Shown here: positions 18,213 through 27,496 of the stretch, one piece after another
Position numbering within the stretch: the first letter of the stretch is position 1
How the letters are laid out: the number at the start of each line of letters is the position of its first letter
Source: Candidatus Helarchaeota ASGARD archaeon Hel_GB_B
Lineage (GTDB): Archaea; Asgardarchaeota; Lokiarchaeia; Helarchaeales; HEL-GB-B
Direction of reading: 5' to 3'
DNA length: 32,000 nt
Assembly: GCA_005191425.1 (NCBI GenBank)
Contig: SUPR01000029.1
Coordinates: 4,737-36,736 of the forward strand
Notes under the pieces: generated by a model
What the model saw: the letters and a program-made list of their open reading frames with translations, nothing else
What the model was told of the DNA's origin: nothing
The model's database searches: none
Program-made: the position numbers and the translations under genes

Positions 18213-18923
18213 ATGAATGATAATAAAAGAAGGGCATCTTTAAATTTCTTGACACTAAAAAGCGGACTGGATGGATTGGATAGGCAACTAAGAAATGGTT
18301 TTAGCCCAGGAATAATTCACATTTATGGCCCCCCTAATACTGGCAAATCTAATTTTGCAATGCAACTTGTATTAAATGCGATTACTACTTATGATTCTGA
18401 ACCAATTTGGATTGATACAAATAATAATTTTGAATTTAGAAGACTTATCCAAATGACTGGAAATAATATAAGAATATTGAGAAATTTCAAATATTTAAAT
18501 CCTATAAATTACGATGAATTTAAAATTTTGATCGAAAATATCCCAAAAATTATAGATAATAAAACAATGGTGCTTGTAATTGATCCCATTACTTATTTCT
18601 ATAGATTAAATGTGAATTTAAATAATTGGTTCGGCTTAAAACGAGATTTAATTAAAATTCTTGGAAAATTTATTGGTATCTCTGTTAAAAATCATTTAAT
18701 AATTATATTAGTCAATCAAATAAAAGGTCATGAAATGAAATTAGAAGCAGTGTGTCAGGATATTCTAGAATTATATTCAAAATATTCATTACTTTTTGAG
18801 AATAAAAATGGCTTAACTATTACTCTTCGTAAATTACGTAATATAAAACTCAATAAGAAATTTAAGTTTAAAATATCAAACAATGGACTTTCGGATTTTA
18901 GCACAAAAATAGGAATTGATTAA
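18213..18923 (+). CDS. radB: RadB-like RecA-fold paralogue (no N-terminal domain)
   Basis: SGLDGLDRQLRNGF, IYGPPNTGKSNFAMQL, WIDT, LVIDP and LVNQ motifs. Length of 236 aa is typical of RadB. Confidence 0.75.
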   Translation: MNDNKRRASLNFLTLKSGLDGLDRQLRNGFSPGIIHIYGPPNTGKSNFAMQLVLNAITTYDSEPIWIDTNNNFEFRRLIQMTGNNIRILRNFKYLNPINYDEFKILIENIPKIIDNKTMVLVIDPITYFYRLNVNLNNWFGLKRDLIKILGKFIGISVKNHLIIILVNQIKGHEMKLEAVCQDILELYSKYSLLFENKNGLTITLRKLRNIKLNKKFKFKISNNGLSDFSTKIGID

Positions 18924-19264
18924 TTTTAGAAAAATAACTATAAAAAACTATAGAATTCTTATTCTTATTATTAATTTTACATCACTTATTAAGTCAAAAA
19001 AGGAAAGTGATTTTTCAATTTTAGATATACAATTAACCATCAAAAAACGAAAATTTTTATTTAGAAAAATTGAAGCATTATTCCATTATTTAATAGGCTT
19101 ATTACAATATATGCATTTAAAAGCAATATCATATTCTAATAAAAAGTTCTTTATAACTTAGTTCCAAATGATTTTATATAAAATTCCTTAATTTCAATCC
19201 CCTATCTTAAAAATTAAATAATATTTTTATGATAAAATAGAAAATTCAAATTTTATTATCAATT

Positions 19265-19744
19265 TTAGTAAATATATGGACCTAGATTTACAAAAAGCAT
19301 TAATCCGGTGTTAATATACAGCCAAAATACAATAACAATAATACCAATCAGATTACTAACTACAAATATTAGGCGCGGTTTTATATTTTTTCTATTAATA
19401 TTAAATGCGTATAATGTTATAATTAAAATTAAATAAACGAAAAGCAAAACCGTAATAAAAGAAATCAGTACTTGGAGTGTTTGTATTATTATATTATTAT
19501 ATATCGCAATATTTACTATTAAATAAATTCCAAAAGTAGTTTTAATAAAATATACTCCTAATAAACTGAGAACTATAAAAACTATAGTAATTAAAAGCCC
19601 TTTTTTATTCGAATTTATTTTCGTAGTATACAAGGACAGTTGAATTATCAGTAAAACAATTAATCCTACAAAAAAATATGTCGTAAATATATAAATCCAC
19701 TGAAAAATAATTTCACTAAACCACAATCTATTCACTTTTTTCAA
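19265..19744 (-). CDS. Multi-pass (about 4 TM) membrane protein
   Basis: Four long hydrophobic segments with basic loops; TTG start is uncertain. Confidence 0.65.
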   Translation of the reverse strand: MKKVNRLWFSEIIFQWIYIFTTYFFVGLIVLLIIQLSLYTTKINSNKKGLLITIVFIVLSLLGVYFIKTTFGIYLIVNIAIYNNIIIQTLQVLISFITVLLFVYLILIITLYAFNINRKNIKPRLIFVVSNLIGIIVIVFWLYINTGLMLFVNLGPYIY

Positions 19745-20519
19745 ATTTTATTATTTATTATCAAATTCATTATTCAGTAAGAATTTCTTTATAAATGTTA
19801 AAAAACCCATATTTAAGGTCAAAACTTTCAATTAAATGGACTTTTATATCACCCATTTGAATCACTCATTGCAAAATTTTTATATGTGACTTTAATTGAT
19901 TAATTACTATGATTAGATTAAATTGGGTTAATTCTGAGAAAATAAGTTAAATAGACTATGAATAAAAGGTAAATTTCTCAGTTTGGAGATTTTAGACGGA
20001 TGATATGAAATAATTTATGCATATCTTCAAAACATTGATGAAATACTGGCTGAATTTTACACGAATACACGATATAAAATACTTTTAAATCCATTATCTG
20101 GAAATTTATTAATTTAGGTCATGATTAACCCAACTTAAATAAAAAATGAACTTAAATTATGAAGAATTAAGCATAGAAATTGATTAAATTTATATCTGTA
20201 AAAGAAATTTTAATGAAATCCAAATAAAAGGGACTGATACTAACCAAAAATAACTATTAGTTAATATAATAGAACAAATCGGTTATAAAATACATTAATT
20301 TATTTTTTAATATAAAACATCATACATTATTTGGTTTTTAAGTGTTTATAGCCAATTTATTATTTCTTATTGGTGTTTAGTTCTAAATTATTAATTAAAT
20401 AAAGTAATTATAAACAAAATTATCTGGGATAGTTTTTTAACCATTAATTATTTATTGTTTCTAAAAATTTATGACCATATAAACAAATTTAAATAAAAAA
20501 TAACAATTTCTAAAATTTA

Positions 20520-21308
20520 ATGATAACTATTGGAATAGATGTTGGTTCATTAACTACTAAAGCAGTAGTATATGATGGTAAAATATTAGGAACATTTATC
20601 TCAAGATCGGGTCATCAATTTGAACGAGCTGGGATAGATGTTTTTAATAAGGTTTTGAATATTGCTGGAGTAAAAAAAGAAGATATTGACTATATATTAA
20701 GCACAGGATATGGAAGATATTCATTGCCCTTTACAAATGATAAAGTTACGGAGATTACGGCTCATGCTAGGGGTGTTAACTTTTTTTATCCAAATGTACG
20801 GACAATAATTGATATTGGTGGGCAGGATAGTAAAGCAATGAGAGTACAAAATGGTCAAGTTAAAGACTTTATGATGAATGATAAATGTGCTGCTGGAACA
20901 GGACGTTTTATTGAAGTTATGGCTAAAGCACTTTCGGTAAACTCTCTAGATGAGATGGGAAAACTATCATTACAATCAAAAAATCCGGCTCAAATCTCTT
21001 CTATGTGCACGGTTTTTGCCGAATCAGAAGTTATTTCATTATTTGCAGAAAAAAAATATTCTAAAGTCGATATAATTGCTGGTATTCACAACTCAATTGC
21101 TAAAAGAATAGGTGGATTAGTGCGAAGGCTGGGAAAAATTGAAGAAGATGTTGCATTTGTTGGTGGAGTTGCAAAAAATATTGGCGTTAAAAAAGCATTA
21201 GAAAATGAATTAAAAGTAAAAATAGTCTCTCCGGAAGGAGATTACCCCCAATTAACTGGTGCATTAGGGGCAGCAATTATTGCTTACGAACGAGCTAACA
21301 AAAAATAA
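20520..21308 (+). CDS. Acyl-CoA dehydratase activase (HgdC/BcrAD-BadFG ASKHA ATPase, [4Fe-4S])
   Basis: GIDVGSLTTKAV, STGYGR, TEITAHARG, IDIGGQDSK, MNDKCAAGTGRF, SSMCTVFAESE, GGVAKN and GALGAA. Confidence 0.93.
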   Translation: MITIGIDVGSLTTKAVVYDGKILGTFISRSGHQFERAGIDVFNKVLNIAGVKKEDIDYILSTGYGRYSLPFTNDKVTEITAHARGVNFFYPNVRTIIDIGGQDSKAMRVQNGQVKDFMMNDKCAAGTGRFIEVMAKALSVNSLDEMGKLSLQSKNPAQISSMCTVFAESEVISLFAEKKYSKVDIIAGIHNSIAKRIGGLVRRLGKIEEDVAFVGGVAKNIGVKKALENELKVKIVSPEGDYPQLTGALGAAIIAYERANKK

Positions 21309-21360
21309 AAACTGTCAGCAAAAAATTATAATTTATTAGATCAATTCAAGAAGACGTATT

Positions 21361-21735
21361 ATGAGTTATGATAATTCTAAAAAGGAATTGTTAAAGCTAA
21401 TCTTAAAATTACAAGATAACTTTATAATTCATAAGAATACAGCAATTGAATTTTTAAAACGGAATGGTTTCACTGATATTGATATTATATCCGAAAATTT
21501 ATTGGGCTTAATTAAATATGATAATAAAATATATTATATCAGTAAGAATTTTGGCTTATTAAACCATGACCTAATTAAACTCTGTAAAAAAATCTTAAAA
21601 ACAAATAGAGACCTTGTTTTTCTATGGCCTAAAACAGAATTAGAATATCCTGAAAAGATCCCAATTTTTGTAATGGCACAAAGAGACCTTGGCATATTAG
21701 TTTATTCAGAAAACAAGGCCCTAATAGAAAAATAG
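21361..21735 (+). CDS. Hypothetical protein (124 aa)
   Basis: ATG start 52 nt after the activase gene; protein-like alpha/beta pattern. Confidence 0.65.
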   Translation: MSYDNSKKELLKLILKLQDNFIIHKNTAIEFLKRNGFTDIDIISENLLGLIKYDNKIYYISKNFGLLNHDLIKLCKKILKTNRDLVFLWPKTELEYPEKIPIFVMAQRDLGILVYSENKALIEK

Positions 21736-22112
21736 TTGATATTCATTTTAATATTAATTTTTTTCTTTTCTACTTTTTAATTTTAGAATTAATATATTTG
21801 TAGTCATAGAATTTTAAGATCTAATCAAACCACAAATAAATGCTATTAATTTAATCTAATAGAATATTATTAATTTTTAGTCTGAATTGTATATTATTTT
21901 CTTCTTGAAAACGAAAATGAATATAATTTCAATTATAAATCCGTTTCTTTAAATTAATTTTATCCTCAATATATGTTTTCTCTTCATTTATTAAGTATTT
22001 TTTAATTATTTGAAAATAAATTTACTAAATTATAAGACATTTATAGTAAAAATTCATTTATAATATTTAATGTAATAAATATTTTCAATTTTTTAATAGG
22101 TGTATTATTAAG

Positions 22113-25100
22113 ATGAGAATTTCAGTTAATAATCACAAGGTAAAATCTACGTTTTTAATATTAATTTTGGCTTTTATGATATTTGTTAATTTGTTTGCTT
22201 TAAATTATATTATCCCATATTCTCGATATTCAAATAATAAATTAAACAGCAAAAAAAGCAATAATTTCATTCAAAATAGTAATTCAGGATTTGTTGAAAG
22301 CCCAATTACTAATCCTAATTCATTATACGCTGAAAATAATACTAATGCTGTCTTAACCTGTAATAAAACTCAAAGTTTTTTAGGTAGGACGCCGCACTTA
22401 ATTAAAATAAATACTTATAACTGGAATTTTACGGCAACTAAATTAGGTTTTTTCGGTATCTCTCAAAATTATACATTAATAGTAGAAGATATTGCAGAAG
22501 ACCATAATAACATTTTTCAGGAGGATGTTTATGATGAATGGGCACAAGGTTTCAGCTTAAATGCACAATTCAGTAGGATAAATAAAATTGGACTTTATCT
22601 ACAATATAGAGGAAAATATGATTTATGGGTAGAGGTGTATAATGCGACCGATACCGGAGATTTATCTTTAGAACCGGATAAATTACTAATGAAATCTGAA
22701 ACAGTTACTATTGAAAATCTATTCAATGCTAAAAGCGAGTTTATAATTTTTAATTTTCAAAGCAATAAAATAATTAACAATTCAGAAACATGTGATAATA
22801 CCTTTTTTATAATTCTAAATGGGACGAAAACCGGTGGTATATATGCATTTGTTGAATGGTGGTATGCAGACGATGAAAAGGGAATAGACAACGGTGATGC
22901 ATTGGAATATAAAAATAATAGATGGGAACTTAATTCGATTGATTATTATTCTATAATAAATTTAACTCAACTGTTTTTCCCTGAAGATATTAATATGAAA
23001 ATAAATGATTCAGCAACAACAACAATTGATGTATTAAATGGGGCTTCTCCTGGTCGGGGGCATGTTTCATTTTCTAAATTTATTCCAAACTCAAATGTTT
23101 CAATCTTAGTGACTTCGACTACTTTTGTTAATTTCATGGCAATTTCAAATACAAGATTGAGTAATTCTTCACATGCATTAACTCAGTTTTATGCAGGTTC
23201 ACAATTACCGACCGTAAATATAAACATAAGTCTTTATGCTCACTTTATCATTGATTCATTTGCAAAAAAATTGAATATAACATTACAAAAAAGCTGGAAT
23301 GTTTCATTAATTAGTGCTAGCCAATTAATTCTTAGTAGTTCTGATTGGAAGCGTTCAGGGAATTATTTATTAATAAATGCAAGCGATAATTTTTACGCAA
23401 TAAAATGTATAGATCACAATTATATTGGTAATATTATACTAAATACCTATAAGGATTCTCTTTTTATAAATCATAATTTAACTGTTAATAATACATTTAG
23501 GATATATAATTCAATAACTCCCATTAATTTAACAATTTATAATTCGTCAGATAGACTAATCCACACTCAAAAGAAATTACCCAGTAATTATTACTGTTCA
23601 TTTGACCCCTATAATATGACTTCAAATGGGATGTTTAAAATAATTTTAAAGTGGTTCAATGGCACTTCAATAGGTTATAACTTTTCAAATATAGAGGTAC
23701 AATACCACGCGGACTTTTATGAAATATCTGACAATATTAATCAATCAAAACCGTTTCAAGCTGGAGAATTGGTATTAGTAGACGCATTTTATAATAATAC
23801 TGAATTAAACTGTGGTATATTAAATGCGTCCAGCGACATTTCTATTAATATGACAAGCAGAACTCAATACAATGTATCAGAATTTGGTGGTGGGTATTAT
23901 AATATTACCATATATACAAACCAACTTACTTCAAAAAATTATACTTTAGTAATTTCTGCTCATAAAGTTGGATACGAGGAGTCAAATTTTTCGATAAGAT
24001 TTCAGATCATTACTCATTTTAATGCTACAATGAATATCACAGGATATTATGGAAATGTATTTAGAAATGGGTCATGGTGGGTGCACCCAAATCCTTATTT
24101 TAGTGACAATACGCATAAAATTCAGATTATTTATAAGAACGGTACTGCGCCCTATGATGGAATTTATCCTGCAGCAATATATGCATATCCAAATTGGTCT
24201 TCAGATGTCTGGTATGGGAACCCTTTTGATACTTTTGGTCGATATGATATAACATTAGATACAACAGGGCTCCACGAAGGCGATAAAGGTGAAATAACCA
24301 TTATTGCAACATCAAATATGTTTGAAACAAAAGAGATAAGAATATTTTTCAAGATAGATGAAATACCCGAGAATTTATTATCATTTGATATAAATGGATT
24401 TGAGGAAATTACAGCTTATGAAGGTGAAACAATCCAAATTGCAGCAAGTTTTATTGACGATTTTCATGGGAAAGACATTGTGTTTGAAAATGATACAGAA
24501 GGTAATTTGACTTGGTACATACCCGGTACAACTGCAACGGGTCTAATGAGTAAAATAATCCACACTTATATGGATTCAATTGAACTTCCTTCCTATAATA
24601 TTACCGGAGGAGATTATAACATTACAATAAAAGCCCAAGCATTGCGAGATTATGCAACTAAGGAAGTTAATATATCACTTCATGTCTTGAATAAAGAGCC
24701 CACTAATATAAATATAACATATTATACTGAATCAGATGTCCGAATTGGGAAGCCATTATACATATATTCTACTTTATCTTTTAGTAATGGGACCAGATTA
24801 AATTATAAAATGCTTGAATTTAACCTTACATATTTAAATAATACAATTATCATAGATTCAGTTAACACAACGATATTAACAGATAGTAATGGTGTTGCTA
24901 CTTATTTTATTTCTGAATTGCCTGACAATATAAATAAAATTCGGGTGAATTGCAGCTATTCAGGAACAGAAAAAATTGCAGAAACTAAAGGGTCTAGAAT
25001 TATTAATGTACTGGACAAATATGTGACTTTTATTAATATTACTGCAGAATATTACAATGATATTAGAGTTGGAAGAAATATATCATTTCACGCTAACCTT

Positions 25101-27113
25101 ACAAGCCTAGATTTCGGGCCTATGATAGGTACAAGCGTTATATTTAACATAACATATCTATTTTATACAGGAAATAGCAGTTTACTTGTTTATAAATCAT
25201 TTGGGACCAATGAAAATGGTACTGCCAGTTATAGCATTGAACATATTCCTGATGGTGTTAAGAAAATCTATATTTCAGTAAAATATTTAGGAACAAATAC
25301 ATATCATTCTTGCTCTGACTTTAAAAATTATTCCGTAAATAAGAAATTTAATACCTCTCTTGAATTAATATCTGCACTCCCCCAAGAAGTTATGGTAGGT
25401 AATTATATCTTTTTAGAAGTTAAGTTGACTAACACTGAAAATGGCGTTCCAATCTCAAAAGCTACCATTAATTTCAAAATTTTATTCGATAATGGCTATT
25501 CATTGACCCAAAAGTCCACCACATTAACTACGGGGATAGCAATATCAAACATTAAAATACCCAATGAAGCGTCAAATGCACAATATTTTACTGTGTCTAT
25601 TGATTATGAAGGTGATTATTCAATAGTAAATGCATCGTTTATTTCACATGCCCGGATAAATGTTTTAACACCAGTTCGATTATTTGTCCGTAATCTTCCA
25701 TTTATTCTTACTGTAGTGGCAATTGGGGTAGCCTCAGTTCTTACTTATCAATTTACAATTAGAGCTCCTAGAATTAGACGAAAAATCCGTAGAATGAGAG
25801 AAGTTAATCAGAAATTTTCTGATATTTTGAATGTCCAACACCTGATGATTTTATATAAAGAAACTGGAATAACAATCTATAACCATTCATTTCAAGAAAG
25901 AACTTTTGATCCCGACTTAATTTCTGGCTTTCTAACGGCTATTGCTTCATTTCAAACTGGCTCTCATATTAAAACAGGAAAAGATGCAATTACAAGCGGT
26001 TTTGAACTAACATATGCTAATTTTATTATTTTAGTTGAAGAAGGAAATTATACCAGAGTTGGACTCATATTAGACCAAAAACCATCAAGTGAACTAAGAC
26101 AGTCTTTAAGAAAATTTCTGAATTTATTTGAGAATAAATATGAAAAAGAATTAAAGCAGTTTTCTGGTTATATAAAGCCTTTTAAAAATTCTGGTAAACT
26201 AGTAGAACAAGTATTTGAAGCATCCTTGATTTGGCCACATAGAGTAAACCCAAATATTACAAGTGAAATGGAGAAAAATCTAACAAATTTCGAGAGCATG
26301 ATTTTAACCTTAGCATTGACAATTCAAAAAGAAAAAAGCTTTTTTATGACCCCAGCATTGATTGAAGCAGTACTGGAAGTTAAAAAAACAAAAACTGAAG
26401 AAATTCTGGCAGCCTTCGATGACTTAAGAAAAAAGAATATCTTTATACCCTTTCCATTAGAGGAATTGGCAAAAATTATTGAAGAAGATAAAGAAAAAAG
26501 TCAAATAGTTGATATTACAACAAAATTAGAGGATGATGAAGAAATAGTCCCCCCAATAAAAGGTGTCCCCAAAAAAGATATGGTATATTTAAATAAACAT
26601 CTAAAATTAACGAATTATGTCTTCCAAAAATGGTTTTTAAATGAACTCTCAAAAACACCATTACCTGAAATAACTAATTACATAAAGAAAATAATTAATA
26701 ATTGGAAAAAGAATAAAGATGAAATTACATCATTAATGAATAAAGCAAAAAATTCCAAAGAAAAAGGCGACCTCGTTAGTGCAGTAGAAATATTCGACGA
26801 AGCTAAAAAATATGCCGAAGAAATTGGTCTTGAAGATAAAGCAACTGAAATTTCCAATAAAATCCATGAAACTCTTGAAATTATGAAAAATAATGTTCCA
26901 TTAAAATATGAAAAATTAATTAATAAATTCCTAAACGAAATAAATGAAATTAATAAAAAAGCAGAAATTGAAGTCAATAATAAAAACTTCATCAATGTCT
27001 GTATTTTATATATCAAAGCAGCCCATTTATCGCTCCAAATTGGTGATAGCAAAACAGCCCAATTATATCTTGATGAAATTGTAAAATATGAAAAAAATCT
27101 TGAAGACCTTTAA
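22113..27113 (+). CDS. Giant single-pass receptor-like protein: signal, glycosylated Ig-like ectodomain, TM, cytoplasmic longin, wHTH and TPR-like helices
   Basis: N-terminal signal with SD AGGTG at 22098-22102. Dozens of N-x-S/T sequons before the TM. Three Big-1-like repeats at ~24735-25635. TM at aa ~1195-1216. Longin 'QHLMILYKETGITIYNHSF...DPDLISGFLTAIASF' at aa ~1241-1376, followed by a wH-like segment and C-terminal helical hairpins. Confidence 0.85.
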   Translation: MRISVNNHKVKSTFLILILAFMIFVNLFALNYIIPYSRYSNNKLNSKKSNNFIQNSNSGFVESPITNPNSLYAENNTNAVLTCNKTQSFLGRTPHLIKINTYNWNFTATKLGFFGISQNYTLIVEDIAEDHNNIFQEDVYDEWAQGFSLNAQFSRINKIGLYLQYRGKYDLWVEVYNATDTGDLSLEPDKLLMKSETVTIENLFNAKSEFIIFNFQSNKIINNSETCDNTFFIILNGTKTGGIYAFVEWWYADDEKGIDNGDALEYKNNRWELNSIDYYSIINLTQLFFPEDINMKINDSATTTIDVLNGASPGRGHVSFSKFIPNSNVSILVTSTTFVNFMAISNTRLSNSSHALTQFYAGSQLPTVNINISLYAHFIIDSFAKKLNITLQKSWNVSLISASQLILSSSDWKRSGNYLLINASDNFYAIKCIDHNYIGNIILNTYKDSLFINHNLTVNNTFRIYNSITPINLTIYNSSDRLIHTQKKLPSNYYCSFDPYNMTSNGMFKIILKWFNGTSIGYNFSNIEVQYHADFYEISDNINQSKPFQAGELVLVDAFYNNTELNCGILNASSDISINMTSRTQYNVSEFGGGYYNITIYTNQLTSKNYTLVISAHKVGYEESNFSIRFQIITHFNATMNITGYYGNVFRNGSWWVHPNPYFSDNTHKIQIIYKNGTAPYDGIYPAAIYAYPNWSSDVWYGNPFDTFGRYDITLDTTGLHEGDKGEITIIATSNMFETKEIRIFFKIDEIPENLLSFDINGFEEITAYEGETIQIAASFIDDFHGKDIVFENDTEGNLTWYIPGTTATGLMSKIIHTYMDSIELPSYNITGGDYNITIKAQALRDYATKEVNISLHVLNKEPTNINITYYTESDVRIGKPLYIYSTLSFSNGTRLNYKMLEFNLTYLNNTIIIDSVNTTILTDSNGVATYFISELPDNINKIRVNCSYSGTEKIAETKGSRIINVLDKYVTFINITAEYYNDIRVGRNISFHANLTSLDFGPMIGTSVIFNITYLFYTGNSSLLVYKSFGTNENGTASYSIEHIPDGVKKIYISVKYLGTNTYHSCSDFKNYSVNKKFNTSLELISALPQEVMVGNYIFLEVKLTNTENGVPISKATINFKILFDNGYSLTQKSTTLTTGIAISNIKIPNEASNAQYFTVSIDYEGDYSIVNASFISHARINVLTPVRLFVRNLPFILTVVAIGVASVLTYQFTIRAPRIRRKIRRMREVNQKFSDILNVQHLMILYKETGITIYNHSFQERTFDPDLISGFLTAIASFQTGSHIKTGKDAITSGFELTYANFIILVEEGNYTRVGLILDQKPSSELRQSLRKFLNLFENKYEKELKQFSGYIKPFKNSGKLVEQVFEASLIWPHRVNPNITSEMEKNLTNFESMILTLALTIQKEKSFFMTPALIEAVLEVKKTKTEEILAAFDDLRKKNIFIPFPLEELAKIIEEDKEKSQIVDITTKLEDDEEIVPPIKGVPKKDMVYLNKHLKLTNYVFQKWFLNELSKTPLPEITNYIKKIINNWKKNKDEITSLMNKAKNSKEKGDLVSAVEIFDEAKKYAEEIGLEDKATEISNKIHETLEIMKNNVPLKYEKLINKFLNEINEINKKAEIEVNNKNFINVCILYIKAAHLSLQIGDSKTAQLYLDEIVKYEKNLEDL

Positions 27114-27496
27114 TTTTTTTTATTCTTTTTTTTGATTCAATTTTCTAATGAAAATAACGATAAATTTTCACATAAAAAATCATTATAAAATCTCAATAGT
27201 TTCTAATCATTTGAATAATTTAATTTATGTTTAAATTAAAATACTAACTTGTTTTGTTTAATTTTAATAAAATAATTTCTACCTTAAACATATACTTTTT
27301 ATTTGAATTAAATTTGAATTTGGTTTTTGGTTAATCTAAAAAATTTAATTCCAAAATTAATAATACTCGCAATTATCATAAAATCTAAAAGAATTGAAAA
27401 ACGATAATATTATAATAAACTAAATGTCACGTTAAGGACTAAAAATTATACGAAAATTTTCTTTTTAAATTTCTAATTATAAATGGAGAAAACGAA

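Noticed and set aside
18916-19264. 81-aa plus-strand ORF 18916..19161 and a minus-strand CxxC fragment (FKCIYCNKPIK*)
   Set aside because: The plus ORF is K/I/F-biased with no motif. The minus fragment is broken by stops and frameshifts, so neither is supportable as a gene.
19745-19810. In-frame upstream ATG (19810) separated from the 159-aa membrane ORF by TAA TAA; also an isolated TGA in the 19983-20117 frame as possible Sec readthrough
   Set aside because: A double TAA is not a recoding signal. The TGA frame has no start, no selenoprotein motif and no identifiable SECIS.
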